This document shows, piece after piece, positions 29,970 through 39,529 of a DNA stretch of 64,000 bases. Within the stretch, counting starts at the first letter, position 1. Each line of letters opens with the position of its first letter. Position numbers and translations under genes: made by a program. Source of the DNA: Acidobacteriota bacterium (lineage in GTDB: Bacteria; Acidobacteriota; Terriglobia; Terriglobales; Acidobacteriaceae); assembly GCA_021818585.1 (NCBI GenBank), contig JAKATU010000089.1, positions 63,735-127,734 on the forward strand, given 5' to 3'. The notes beneath the pieces were generated by a model. That model made no database searches. It had not been told where the DNA came from and was given only the letters and a program-made list of their open reading frames with translations.

Positions 29970-31778
29970 ATGAGCTTGTACAAAAGGCTGATTACGGGCT
30001 GTTTTCTGCTGGTCGTCCTCGTGACCGCCGTCAGTTTCCTGGTTCGTGATTCTTTCCTGAAAATCGCCGCTCTGGAATCTCACGTCCGCGTCGCCGAGCA
30101 GTCCGTATCCTCAATGGAAGCTGCTCAGGCCGCGCTAGCCAGGGAAGATATCTTGGCCGCCGAAACCACCACCCAGGGCGAAGACGCCTTCCTTCGCTTC
30201 AAGCAGCAGGCACAAATCACCCAGCAACTCCTTCTCGCCGCTGCCAGAAACGCCCGGAACTTCGATCCCGCCATCCAGCTCGACAACCTCCTGCAGGAAC
30301 ACGAAAAAATCATTCAGCGCCAATCCATCGCCAACATGCGCATCGAAAATCTGCGCGATCGCCAGATCGTCCGCATCGAGCAGCAATGGAGTGACGCCGT
30401 CCAGCAGATTCAGGCCCGCCGCAACATCATGGTCCACGGCCTTCACAGGCGTGAGGACGCGCTCCGCGCCCGCCTCATCACCTTCTGCGGGCTCTCCATC
30501 CTCGCCGCCCTCCTCATCTCCATCTTCACCGTCACCTCGCTCATCCTGCCGCTGCGCCGCACCGCGAACTCCGCCCAGCAAATCGGCGGCGGCGATCTTC
30601 AGCATCGCGTCGAGTGGCGATCCAGCGACGACCTCGGCACCATAGCCGCCGAAATCAACCGCCTCGCCGTCCGCCTCCGCGACCTCCGCGAAACTGAATC
30701 CGGCCGCCGCCAGATGGATCAGCAGCTCTCCGACGCCGTCGTCCAGTCCATCTTCGAGCCAGTCATCGTCACCGACGCAAAAGGCCACGTCCTCAAGCTC
30801 AATCGCGCCGCCGAAGAAGTCCTTGGCGAAGCCTCCGACGACCGCAACGCCCTCGCCAACACGCCCGGCGGCGAACGCATCCTCTCCGCCATCCGCGCCG
30901 CCGTCTCCATGCAGCAGGCCGTCACCGGAGAAGAGGAAGCAGCCATCCTGCCCATGCGCATCGGCGAGGCAGAACGCAGCTACCGCCTTCGCACCACCGC
31001 CATGCGCGACGTCCACGGTCGTCTCCTCGGAGCCGTCACCCTCCTCGAAGACGTCACCGCGCTCACCGAGGTCGACCGCTTCAAAACACGCTTCCTCAAC
31101 GTCGCCTCTCAGAAGCTGCAGGAACCCCTCCAGCATCTCCGCCTCGCCCTCTACACCCTCACCCGCGGATTTGCCGGCAATCTCAACGAACTCCAGATGG
31201 ATATCGCGCACCGCGCCGAGCTGGAAGCCGAAAAACTCGACGACATCATGACCGACCTGATGGAAGTCGCCGAACTCGACACTGGCCGCCGCGAACTCCG
31301 GGCAGAAAAACTCCGCCCCTACTACGCACTTCAGGACGCCGCCGCCCGCCACCGCGCCCAGGCTCAGGCCAAGGAAATTCGCCTTACCGTCAAAGCCTTC
31401 GAAGATATCCCCTACATCGCCGCTGACCGTCGCGCACTCCGCACCATCCTCGACAATCTCATCCTCAACGCCCTCCGCTACACCCCCAAAGGCGGAGAAA
31501 TCCGCCTCGAAGCCATCGAGCTGCCCGAGCGCGTGCAGTTCTTCGTCGTGGACAACGGCCGCGGCATTGAGGCCGAACGCCTCCCCGGCATCTTCGACCG
31601 CTTCTCCGGAACAGGCACCGCGGGTACCGGCATGGGACTGGCCCTCGTTCGCCGCCTCGTCGAGTCTCAGGGCGGGCAGGTCGCCGTCGAAAGCCGACTC
31701 GATCACGGCAGCAACTTCAACTTCACGCTACCCCTCGCCATGGCCAACGCAAGCCGCCATCCCGTGGAGGCAGGATGA
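29970..31778 (+). CDS. Sensor histidine kinase-like protein (2 TM, HAMP, PAS, HATPase) lacking the H-box histidine
   Basis: N box NLILNALRY, G1 DNGRGI, F box IFDRF, G2 GTGMGL; H box reads VASQKLQEPL. Confidence 0.85.
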   Translation: MSLYKRLITGCFLLVVLVTAVSFLVRDSFLKIAALESHVRVAEQSVSSMEAAQAALAREDILAAETTTQGEDAFLRFKQQAQITQQLLLAAARNARNFDPAIQLDNLLQEHEKIIQRQSIANMRIENLRDRQIVRIEQQWSDAVQQIQARRNIMVHGLHRREDALRARLITFCGLSILAALLISIFTVTSLILPLRRTANSAQQIGGGDLQHRVEWRSSDDLGTIAAEINRLAVRLRDLRETESGRRQMDQQLSDAVVQSIFEPVIVTDAKGHVLKLNRAAEEVLGEASDDRNALANTPGGERILSAIRAAVSMQQAVTGEEEAAILPMRIGEAERSYRLRTTAMRDVHGRLLGAVTLLEDVTALTEVDRFKTRFLNVASQKLQEPLQHLRLALYTLTRGFAGNLNELQMDIAHRAELEAEKLDDIMTDLMEVAELDTGRRELRAEKLRPYYALQDAAARHRAQAQAKEIRLTVKAFEDIPYIAADRRALRTILDNLILNALRYTPKGGEIRLEAIELPERVQFFVVDNGRGIEAERLPGIFDRFSGTGTAGTGMGLALVRRLVESQGGQVAVESRLDHGSNFNFTLPLAMANASRHPVEAG

Positions 31779-32902
31779 CAGATCCCATCACACCCGCGCC
31801 CATTCCCGCCCCGCATGAAACCGCCAAGCTTCGCGTCTATCTCGGCGCCGCACCCGGCGTCGGCAAAACCTATCGCATGCTCGACCACGCCCGCGAGCTC
31901 CGCAGCGAAGGCATCGATGTCGTCATAGGCTTCGTCGAGTCGCACGGTCGCCCCGACACCGAAGCCGCCATCGGCGACCTCGAAATCATCCCCCGCACCA
32001 TCGTTCAGTATCAATCCATCTCCATCGAGGAGATGAACCTCGACGCCATCCTCGCCCGTCATCCCCACACCGTCGTCGTCGACGAACTCGCCCACAGCAA
32101 CGTCCCCGGCTCCAGGCACCGAAAGCGCTACGAAGACGTCCTCGATCTGCTCGAAGCCGGCATCAACGTCATGACCGCCGTCAACGTTCAGCACATCGAG
32201 TCCCTCAACGACGCCGTCTCCCGCTCAGCCAGCACCCCCATCCGTGAAACCATCCCCGACAGCTTCCTCAATCGCGCCGACGAAATCGTCAACATCGACG
32301 TCACCGTCGAAGAGCTCCGCTCCCGCCTCCGCGAAGGCAAAATCTACGCACCCGGTCAGATCGAGCAGGCCCTCGCCAACTTCTTCCGCAAAGGCAATCT
32401 CAACACCCTCCGTGAGCTCACCCTCCGCACCACAGCGGAAAAAGTCAGCACCGCTGCCTCAGAATACCGCCGCACTGTCGGCCTCGAACAGGCGCCCATC
32501 CCGGAGAAGGTCATGGTCTGCCTCTCCAGCCGCCCCGGCTCGGAAAAACTCCTCCGCGTCGGCTCCCGCATCGCCGGACGCCTCGGCACCAGTTGGTACG
32601 CCGTCTATGTTGAATCCCCAAAATCCACCACCGGCGTCGACCACGAAACCATGCGCCGCACTGAGGACTACATGCAGCTCGCCACCGATCTCGGAGCACG
32701 CGTCGTCGTCCTCAAGGAAAAAAACATCGCAGATGCCCTCATCCATTTCGCCAAACGCGAAAACATCTCGCACGTCGTCTTCGGCCAGCCCGCCCGCTCC
32801 CGGCTGGACATCATGCTCCGCGGCTCCGTCCTCAATCGCTTCCTCTCGGAAATGAGAGAGACCACCGTACAGGTGGTCCCCATGCAGAAAAAGAAAAAGT
32901 AA
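31775..32902 (+). CDS. Stand-alone KdpD N-terminal sensor domain + Usp domain protein (no TM or kinase)
   Basis: KLRVYLGAAPGVGKTY, VDELAHSN, KRYEDV, NVQHIESLND, NFFRKGNL, then Usp (KVMVCLS...HVVFGQ). Confidence 0.9.
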   Translation: MTDPITPAPIPAPHETAKLRVYLGAAPGVGKTYRMLDHARELRSEGIDVVIGFVESHGRPDTEAAIGDLEIIPRTIVQYQSISIEEMNLDAILARHPHTVVVDELAHSNVPGSRHRKRYEDVLDLLEAGINVMTAVNVQHIESLNDAVSRSASTPIRETIPDSFLNRADEIVNIDVTVEELRSRLREGKIYAPGQIEQALANFFRKGNLNTLRELTLRTTAEKVSTAASEYRRTVGLEQAPIPEKVMVCLSSRPGSEKLLRVGSRIAGRLGTSWYAVYVESPKSTTGVDHETMRRTEDYMQLATDLGARVVVLKEKNIADALIHFAKRENISHVVFGQPARSRLDIMLRGSVLNRFLSEMRETTVQVVPMQKKKK

Positions 32903-32908
32903 AACCGG

Positions 32909-33450
32909 TTAGTCCTTCTTCAGAACCACCGTATTGCTCTCATCGGAAGCAATCGCGCCCTCCAGCGTGCGCAGCTTCGCATAATCGCTCGCCGTTAAGC
33001 TCAGCGTCTTCAGCACATACTTCAGCTTGTAGTGCAGCACCCCGTCCTCGACCTGCACCTGGCTGCTGTAGTCCGCAAACCCAACGTCCGCCTTCACCGG
33101 ATCAGGCAAATCATCCACTGTATGCCCCGGTGGCAGCGCAATGTTAATCGAATCGTTCCACGTCTCCTCATTCAAAAAACTGTATCGAAATCAGCAGCGT
33201 CGCATTGTCCTTGCAATCTCCGTGCTGATTCGTGAAAACCTCCTGCGCCGGGTAAGGCTTCAGTCCGCCAATCCCACTCTCAATTCCCACATACCGAATC
33301 TTCTGCTGGAGGTAAGCCGCAACAGCCCGCAGCCGCGTCATAAAATTCGCATTCCCCGGAACCTGCCCATCCGTCGCAGTCCTGATATTCGTCCCGCCCT
33401 CGGTCTGCCCCGCCGCTGGCGTGTCATACCACTGCCCAATCTGCGTTCAC
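32909..33450 (-). pseudogene. Remnant of a transglutaminase-like (DUF3857/DUF3858-type) protein gene
   Basis: Manual translation QQKIRYVGIESGIGGLKPYPAQEVFTNQHGDCKDNATLLIS is joined out of frame to the C-terminal part DSINIALPPGHTVDDLPDPV...DYAKLR; no N-terminus. Confidence 0.75.
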
Positions 33451-33646
33451 AGCACGGCAGAATGAAACTCCCACCGCTACAAATGCCCTGTCACCCGTCC
33501 TGCAAGCCTCGGCTCTCAACTTCCAGCGCCCATCTCTGCATCACACCCCGCCTCGTGTTTGACCCTCGCAAAAACAACCTCGGCAGCCCTCCACACCATT
33601 GCCGCTCTCAGAAAATCAACAGCTTCCAATGTGTTAACTTGGTTAT

Positions 33647-33722
33647 GAGCTCGTAGCTCAGTTGGTAGAGCACCGCCCTTTTAAGGCGAGGGTCGTGGGT
33701 TCGAGTCCCACCGAGCTCACCA
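33647..33722 (+). tRNA. tRNA-Lys(TTT)
   Basis: GAGCTCG acceptor stem, TAGCTCAGTTGGTAGAGC D arm, CTTTTAA anticodon loop, GGTTCGAGTCC T arm, encoded CCA; 76 nt. Confidence 0.96.
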
Positions 33723-33814
33723 CCCCCTTCCAACCGCTATTTCCGCAGGTCAAAAGTGGGTGTTGAGCACCGCGCGCAGCCGTCCCGCTGTCGCATTTCC
33801 ACCATCAAACAGCG

Positions 33815-34999
33815 TCAAACCGCTTGCTGCCGTATTACTCCCGGCTCGGCCGCAAACGCCTGCGGACCACGCCGCGTGTACGCATAAATACACCACGCCA
33901 TCCATACCGGCGCCATCCATACATAAACCGGCGTCTCCAGAAAGGGATGCCGTATGTAAATCGCCAGTGCCGCCAGATTGGCAGCCCCCAGCAAGTAAAA
34001 CGCCCGCTTCGGCACCGCTGGAAGCGTCAACATCATCGCAGGCAAAAACAGCACCTGGTCAAACGGCCATGAGTAAGGTGCCGTCAGCACCGAGAGTGCA
34101 ATCAGCATCGTGCCCTGACGCCACCAGTCCCACCGGCCACGCCATCGCCGCCAGTACCACAGCGCAACCGCAATACCCGCCAGCGTCGGCAGCGCCTCCG
34201 TCCACACCGCGTTCGGCGCAATCAGAAGCCGCAGGCTGTCAGAGAGATTCGGGCAGTACACCGCCCCAAGCTGCTCGGCCTTCATCGCCCTGAAGTAGTC
34301 CGGCCACGCGTGCAGATCAAAAACCAGAGCAACCGCATTCGCCGCCAGCATCCCAAATGCGCCCCCGGCAACCAGACGCCATTCTCGCCGCCGCAACACC
34401 TCCAGCAGCACCACCACCCAGAACAACACCAGCAGATGCGGTTTCAGCATCGCCAGCGTCAGCGCCAACCCCGCCGCAAACGGTCGGCTCTCCTGCCAGA
34501 GCAAAAACAGCACCACCCCAAGCAGCGTAAAAATCGAAGTCTGTTCCGCCCCCGCGCAAATCACCGTCGGCGCAAACAGCAGCAGCGTCAGCGGAACCTC
34601 GCCCACCCCGGGCCGCCGCATCAACTGGATCGCTCCCAGCGCGCAAACAATAATCAAAACCATCCACGCCAGCGCAGCTGTACTCAGGCTCATCCATCCC
34701 AACGGCAAAACCATAAACAAGGCCCACGGTGGATTCCGCATCACCAGTGGCTTTACAAACTGCGCCTGCTGCGACCTCTCCAGCTCAAAAATCGCTGCCC
34801 GGTCGTAAGGATTATGGTGCTGCACCAGCAGTTTCGCCGAACTCCAGTAGCTGATAAAGTCCCGGCTCGCGGCATCGCTGCGCAGCAGCCATCCGCGTAT
34901 CGCCAGACACGCCGCCACCAGAAGCATCACCCCTGCAATCAGGACAATCGTCTTCCAGCGAAGACGGCCCTCCGCTCTCGCTGCATTTTTTTCAGACAC
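33815..34999 (-). CDS. GT-C membrane glycosyltransferase (GT87/DUF2029-like)
   Basis: RDFISYW...NPYD, NPPW, LKPHL; many TM helices. Confidence 0.8.
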   Translation of the reverse strand: MSEKNAARAEGRLRWKTIVLIAGVMLLVAACLAIRGWLLRSDAASRDFISYWSSAKLLVQHHNPYDRAAIFELERSQQAQFVKPLVMRNPPWALFMVLPLGWMSLSTAALAWMVLIIVCALGAIQLMRRPGVGEVPLTLLLFAPTVICAGAEQTSIFTLLGVVLFLLWQESRPFAAGLALTLAMLKPHLLVLFWVVVLLEVLRRREWRLVAGGAFGMLAANAVALVFDLHAWPDYFRAMKAEQLGAVYCPNLSDSLRLLIAPNAVWTEALPTLAGIAVALWYWRRWRGRWDWWRQGTMLIALSVLTAPYSWPFDQVLFLPAMMLTLPAVPKRAFYLLGAANLAALAIYIRHPFLETPVYVWMAPVWMAWCIYAYTRRGPQAFAAEPGVIRQQAV

Positions 35000-35068
35000 G
35001 TTGCGACTCAGTTTACTGGCCGCTGTTCAATCCAGCAATTCTGCGTCCAACACGCCGCAATGCGCCCA

Positions 35069-36124
35069 TCAACCCAGAAAGAAGTGCTTCTCAGAAACAG
35101 CCCGCAGCCGCTCCGCCGCGGACTCCGCCGTAATGTCCCGCTGCGGCATCCCCAGCATTTCAAATCCCACCATGTACTTCCGCACCGTGGCGCTGCGCAG
35201 AAGCGGCGGATAAAAATGCCCATGAAAATGCCACGCCGAGTGATCCCCATCCGTCGTCGGGCTCTGGTGAAACCCCATCGTGTAAGGAAAACTCGACTGA
35301 AACAGGTTGTCATACCGCACGGTCATCTGGTGCAGAATATCCCCCAGCGCCTCACGCTCCGCCGCGCCAAACTCCTTCATCGAACCCACATGCCGGTTCG
35401 CCAGAAGCATCGTCTCAAACGGCCAAACCGCCCACCACGGCACCAGCACCGTAAAAGTCTCATTCGCGGCAATCACCCGCGTTCCCAGCCGCTTTTCCTC
35501 CGCCAGGTAATCGCACAGCAGGCAAGCCCCATGAGCCGCCTTGTAATCCGCCTGCGCCTCGCCCTCAATCGCCGGCTCGTCCGGCACATGGTGCGTCGCC
35601 CATATCTGCCCATGAGGGTGCGGATTACTCGACCCCATCATCGCCCCACGATTCTCAAAAATCTCCACATAACTGATCTCCGGCCGCGCGCCCAGCTCCA
35701 GGTACTGCTCCTGCCACGTCTCCGTCACCGGCTTCAGTTGTTCCGCCGTCATCAGCGCCAGCGTCAGGTTGTGCTCCGGATGAAAACAAAGCACCCGGCA
35801 CTGTCCCGTCTCCACCTCGGCCCGCAGCAGCGGAGACTGCGGCTCCGCCCCCGTCCAATCCGGCGCCGTCGGCAGCAACGCCGCATAATCATTGTCAAAA
35901 ACAAACACGCTCTCATACTTCGGATTCTTGTGCCCACCCGCACGTTCATTTCCCGGGCATAGGTAGCACTTCTCGTCATACTTCACATCCGAAAACCCCG
36001 AAACCTGGTTCACTTCCCCCTGCCACGGCCTTTGCGTACGGTGCGGAGAAACCAGCACCCACTGCCGCCGCAGTGGGTTATAACGACGATGTGGCGAGCT
36101 GAACAGTGATGATGTGGATGACAT
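35069..36124 (-). CDS. galT: Galactose-1-phosphate uridylyltransferase
   Basis: HRRYNPL, RPWQG, CYLCPGN, FENRG, SNPHPHGQIW. Confidence 0.95.
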   Translation of the reverse strand: MSSTSSLFSSPHRRYNPLRRQWVLVSPHRTQRPWQGEVNQVSGFSDVKYDEKCYLCPGNERAGGHKNPKYESVFVFDNDYAALLPTAPDWTGAEPQSPLLRAEVETGQCRVLCFHPEHNLTLALMTAEQLKPVTETWQEQYLELGARPEISYVEIFENRGAMMGSSNPHPHGQIWATHHVPDEPAIEGEAQADYKAAHGACLLCDYLAEEKRLGTRVIAANETFTVLVPWWAVWPFETMLLANRHVGSMKEFGAAEREALGDILHQMTVRYDNLFQSSFPYTMGFHQSPTTDGDHSAWHFHGHFYPPLLRSATVRKYMVGFEMLGMPQRDITAESAAERLRAVSEKHFFLG

Positions 36125-36246
36125 GCTGACTCCTTCGTGCAAAAAGAATTTCCAAAGCCTGAAAAAAAGTCACTCCGCCCGCATCCTGCTCGATCGCTCT
36201 GCAAACGGTTTCATCACAGTTCTAACATATAGTCTTGAGTAGTCGA

Positions 36247-36870
36247 ATGATCCAGCCACAATCCATCTCCGCCCAGGCCATCGCCGCCCTGCAAAACGAC
36301 TCCACCCGCCGCTGGCATCAGGTCGAAGGCCTTCCCATCTCTGAGGACGATCCCTTCCTCTTCACAGTAGCCCGCCAGCACGCCGCCAACTTCGAACTCT
36401 GGCACACGGAAGATCAGGCCCGCCTGCCCAACGCCTCTGACGCCCAGATCGCCGCCGTCAAGCGCGCTATCGACAAAATCAACCAGCGCCGCAACGACCT
36501 CGCCGAAGCCTGCGACCACTTCCTCCTCGAAATCCTCGCCGCACACCAGCTTCCCGCACCCGCATCACCACTTCACTCCGAAAGCCCCGGCCTCATGATC
36601 GACCGTCTCTCCATCCTCTCGCTCAAAATCTTCCACACCGCCGAGCAAATCGACCGCAAAGACGCACCCTCCGGCCACATCGAGCGCAACCGCCAGCGCC
36701 TTGCCGTCCTCGCCGAGCAGCAAACCGACCTCGTCGCCTGCTTCGATCGCGTCTGGTCCCAGATCCTAGCCCGCGCCCTCCGTTTCAAGGTCTACCGCCA
36801 GCTCAAGATGTACAACGACCCCGACCTCAACCCAGCCATCTACAGCGCTCCCTCGCCCAAAACCGAGTAA
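36247..36870 (+). CDS. DUF4254-like protein
   Basis: LWHTEDQAR, KRAIDKINQRRND, SESPG..IDRLSILSLK, KVYRQLKMYND. Confidence 0.8.
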   Translation: MIQPQSISAQAIAALQNDSTRRWHQVEGLPISEDDPFLFTVARQHAANFELWHTEDQARLPNASDAQIAAVKRAIDKINQRRNDLAEACDHFLLEILAAHQLPAPASPLHSESPGLMIDRLSILSLKIFHTAEQIDRKDAPSGHIERNRQRLAVLAEQQTDLVACFDRVWSQILARALRFKVYRQLKMYNDPDLNPAIYSAPSPKTE

Positions 36871-37031
36871 CCCCTACCCGGCCGCCAGTCCCGCCCAGTC
36901 ACTCCCATCACCGTGACCTTCTGCGAATCGCGTAGTATAACTACTGGTTAAGTCGAGCTCGTCCAACCTTGGGTTCCCATTCCACCATCCCACCGGACTG
37001 CAAAGGGAGTCCAGAAAAGGACACTCGATCC

Positions 37032-37571
37032 ATGACAGGTGCCAAACAAATGCCGCGTTCGATTACAGATAAAAAAGCCGCTCCCGGCTCTCACAACGAG
37101 CAGCATCTCAAGCATTACGAGAACGGCCTGCGCCTCATGCAGGAAGGCAAGTTCGAAAAAGCCCGGGCCGAATTTGAGAAACTCCTGCCCGAAACGCCCC
37201 CTGAGATCCGCGACCGCGCCGCGCTCCACATGGCCGCATGCGACCGTCAGGCACGGCGCGTCCAGCTCGCCTTCAACACCATCGAAGAGCGATACGACTT
37301 CGCCGTGCTCCTGCTCAACGAAGGCAACTATGAGGACGCCCGCGAGCACCTCGAAGTCATCCTCGCAGAAAAGGAAGACGCCGACTTCGCACACTACGGC
37401 GTAGCCGTCCTCAACAGCGTCACCGGACAGGCCGAAGAGTGCCTCACCCATCTCTCCCGCGCCATCGAGCTCAACCCCCTTAACCGCATCCAGGCCCGCC
37501 GCGACACCGACTTCGCCGACATGGCCGACGACCCGCGCTTCACCGAACTGCTCTACCCGGAGATTTACTGA
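37032..37571 (+). CDS. TPR protein
   Basis: Helical repeats; LSRAIELNP..RIQARRDTDF C-terminus. Confidence 0.78.
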   Translation: MTGAKQMPRSITDKKAAPGSHNEQHLKHYENGLRLMQEGKFEKARAEFEKLLPETPPEIRDRAALHMAACDRQARRVQLAFNTIEERYDFAVLLLNEGNYEDAREHLEVILAEKEDADFAHYGVAVLNSVTGQAEECLTHLSRAIELNPLNRIQARRDTDFADMADDPRFTELLYPEIY

Positions 37572-38671
37572 CGGCTCCCGAACGCACCGCTTCGATCGCT
37601 GAAGAGCTGAAGGCCCTCACCGCTTCGGCACATACGGGTGTCTCTGACGACGTCCAGTCAGCAGCCCGCCGCGTCGTCGCCATCGGCGGCGGCACCGGCC
37701 TTTCCGCGCTTCTCCGCGGACTCAAGCACCATGTCGTCCCCCACTCCGGCGCAGGCTCCTTCTTCGACTCCGAACACGCCACCCACGCATGGATCAGCGA
37801 CCTCGCCGCTATTGTCACCGTCACCGACGACGGCGGCTCCAGCGGTCGCCTCCGCCAGGACTTCAAAATGCTTCCCCCCGGCGACCTCCGCAACTGCATG
37901 GTCGCGCTCTCCCAGGACGAGCGGCTCATCTCCCGCCTCTTCCAACACCGCTTCCGCTCCGGAGGCGAGCTCGAAGGCCACAACTTCGGCAACCTGTTCG
38001 TCGCAGCACTCGTCGAAATGACCGGCGACTTCCCCCAGGCCATCCGCCTCGCCGCCGAAGTCCTCGCCACCTCCGGGCACATCTACCCCGTCACCTCCCA
38101 CAACGTCACCCTCGCCGCCCGCATGGCCAACGGCTCCATCGTCCGCGGAGAAACCAGCATCACCGCCAGCCGGGAAATCATCCACGAGCTCATGCTCGAA
38201 CCCGTCGGCGTCCAGCCCCTGCCGGAAACCCTCGACACCATCGCCCAGGCCGACCTCATCACTCTCGGTCCCGGCTCGCTCTTCACCAGCCTCATCACCA
38301 ACCTGCTCGTTCCAGGAATCCCCGAGGCCATCGCCGCCGCCACCGGCACCCGCGTCTACATCGCCAACCTCATGACCCAGGCCAATGAAAGCCTGCACCT
38401 CACCGCATCCCAGCACATCGAGCGCATCTACGACCATACCCGCCAGCCCATCTTCGACTACGCCATCATCAACACCGCGCCCATCTCCCCCGCCGCACAG
38501 GCACGCTACGCCGCGGAAGGCGCCGAAGTCATCCAGGCCGACATCGACAAAATCCAGGCCATGGGCATCCACTGCATCACCGGCGACTTCTCCGACGAAG
38601 GCGACGTAGTCCGCCACGCCTCCGACCGCGTAGCCAACGCCCTCCTCCAAATCCCCCTCCGCAAAAGCTGA
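37568..38671 (+). CDS. yvcK: YvcK/GlmR (UPF0052, CofD-like) protein, probable CTG start
   Basis: The frame of ORF 37868 extends upstream to RVVAIGGGTGLSALLRGLK and VTVTDDGGSSGRLR; also PPGDLRN, GHNFGNL, GPGSLFTS. Confidence 0.88.
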   Translation: MTAPERTASIAEELKALTASAHTGVSDDVQSAARRVVAIGGGTGLSALLRGLKHHVVPHSGAGSFFDSEHATHAWISDLAAIVTVTDDGGSSGRLRQDFKMLPPGDLRNCMVALSQDERLISRLFQHRFRSGGELEGHNFGNLFVAALVEMTGDFPQAIRLAAEVLATSGHIYPVTSHNVTLAARMANGSIVRGETSITASREIIHELMLEPVGVQPLPETLDTIAQADLITLGPGSLFTSLITNLLVPGIPEAIAAATGTRVYIANLMTQANESLHLTASQHIERIYDHTRQPIFDYAIINTAPISPAAQARYAAEGAEVIQADIDKIQAMGIHCITGDFSDEGDVVRHASDRVANALLQIPLRKS

Positions 38672-38729
38672 TTTTCCTCACCCCCAATTTCCCACTTGCC
38701 CAACCCCTCGCCCGCGAGTAAAAAGAGGC

Positions 38730-39431
38730 ATGCCTCTCGAACTCGACTCACGCGTCTGCGGACCCGTTCATGTCGTCACCGCCAAAGGCCGCCTCGTCGC
38801 AGGTCCCGAGTGTGGCCAGCTCGAAGAAGTCCTCAACCTCGACTCCCGCCGCCACCTCAAACAGGTCGTCCTCGAAGTCTCAGGACTCAACCGTCTCGAC
38901 AGCCTCGGCCTGGGCCTCATCGTACGCACCGCCGCCAGCCTCCGCCGTCGTAACGGCGACCTCCGCCTCGCCAACCCGGCGCCCATCATCACCCAGTTGC
39001 TTGAGCTCACCCGCGTCGCCGCCATCCTCAGCTCATACCCCAACGAAGAAGCCGCCATCCTTTCCTTCATGGGAAACGAGCCCGCGCCGGCCGCCTCCAA
39101 CTGCACCGGCTGCTGCGTCATGATCGTCGATCAGTCCCTCGACTTCGCCGCCTTCGTCGCCACCCTGCTCGCCCAGCACAGTTGCGAGGTCAAGCTCGCC
39201 AGCCTCATGTCGGATGCAAAAATCCTGCTCCGCTTCCAGCCCGTCGACACCATCCTCATCGGCTCCGGTCCCATGCCTACCACCAACATGGCGCTCGCGC
39301 TCCAATCCGTCGCTCCCAAAGCAAAAATCCTCGCCCTCGACACCGCACTCCACACCCGCGACGCAGACGAAGCCGCAGCCGAAATCCTCCAGCTACTCCG
39401 CTCCCACAACATCATCCCCGCCCGGGCATAA
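38730..39431 (+). CDS. STAS (anti-anti-sigma) domain fused to a degenerate receiver-like domain
   Basis: VVLEVSGLNRLDSLGLG...GDLRLANP...LLELTR; C-terminal VMIVDQS...VDTILIG. Confidence 0.75.
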   Translation: MPLELDSRVCGPVHVVTAKGRLVAGPECGQLEEVLNLDSRRHLKQVVLEVSGLNRLDSLGLGLIVRTAASLRRRNGDLRLANPAPIITQLLELTRVAAILSSYPNEEAAILSFMGNEPAPAASNCTGCCVMIVDQSLDFAAFVATLLAQHSCEVKLASLMSDAKILLRFQPVDTILIGSGPMPTTNMALALQSVAPKAKILALDTALHTRDADEAAAEILQLLRSHNIIPARA

Positions 39432-39454
39432 CCGTGGCGGCCATCTGGTGCTGA

Positions 39455-39515
39455 CCCACTCAAGCCGAAGGCTTGTGTGGAAGTGGTGGCCCACTCAAGC
39501 CGAAGGCTTGTGTGG
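39455..39515. repeat. Two tandem 26-bp palindromic REP-like units
   Basis: CCCACTCAAGCCGAAGGCTTGTGTGG at 39455 and 39490, between convergent genes. Confidence 0.85.
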
Positions 39516-39529
39516 GGGAAAAAATAAAT

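Noticed and set aside
33647-33815. tRNA-Lys as an integration site for an island or prophage
   Set aside because: No integrase and no duplicated tRNA 3' end noticed in the window.
39455-39515. Possible mini-CRISPR (two identical 26-bp palindromic repeats)
   Set aside because: Only a 9-bp spacer, two units and no cas genes; REP-like instead.
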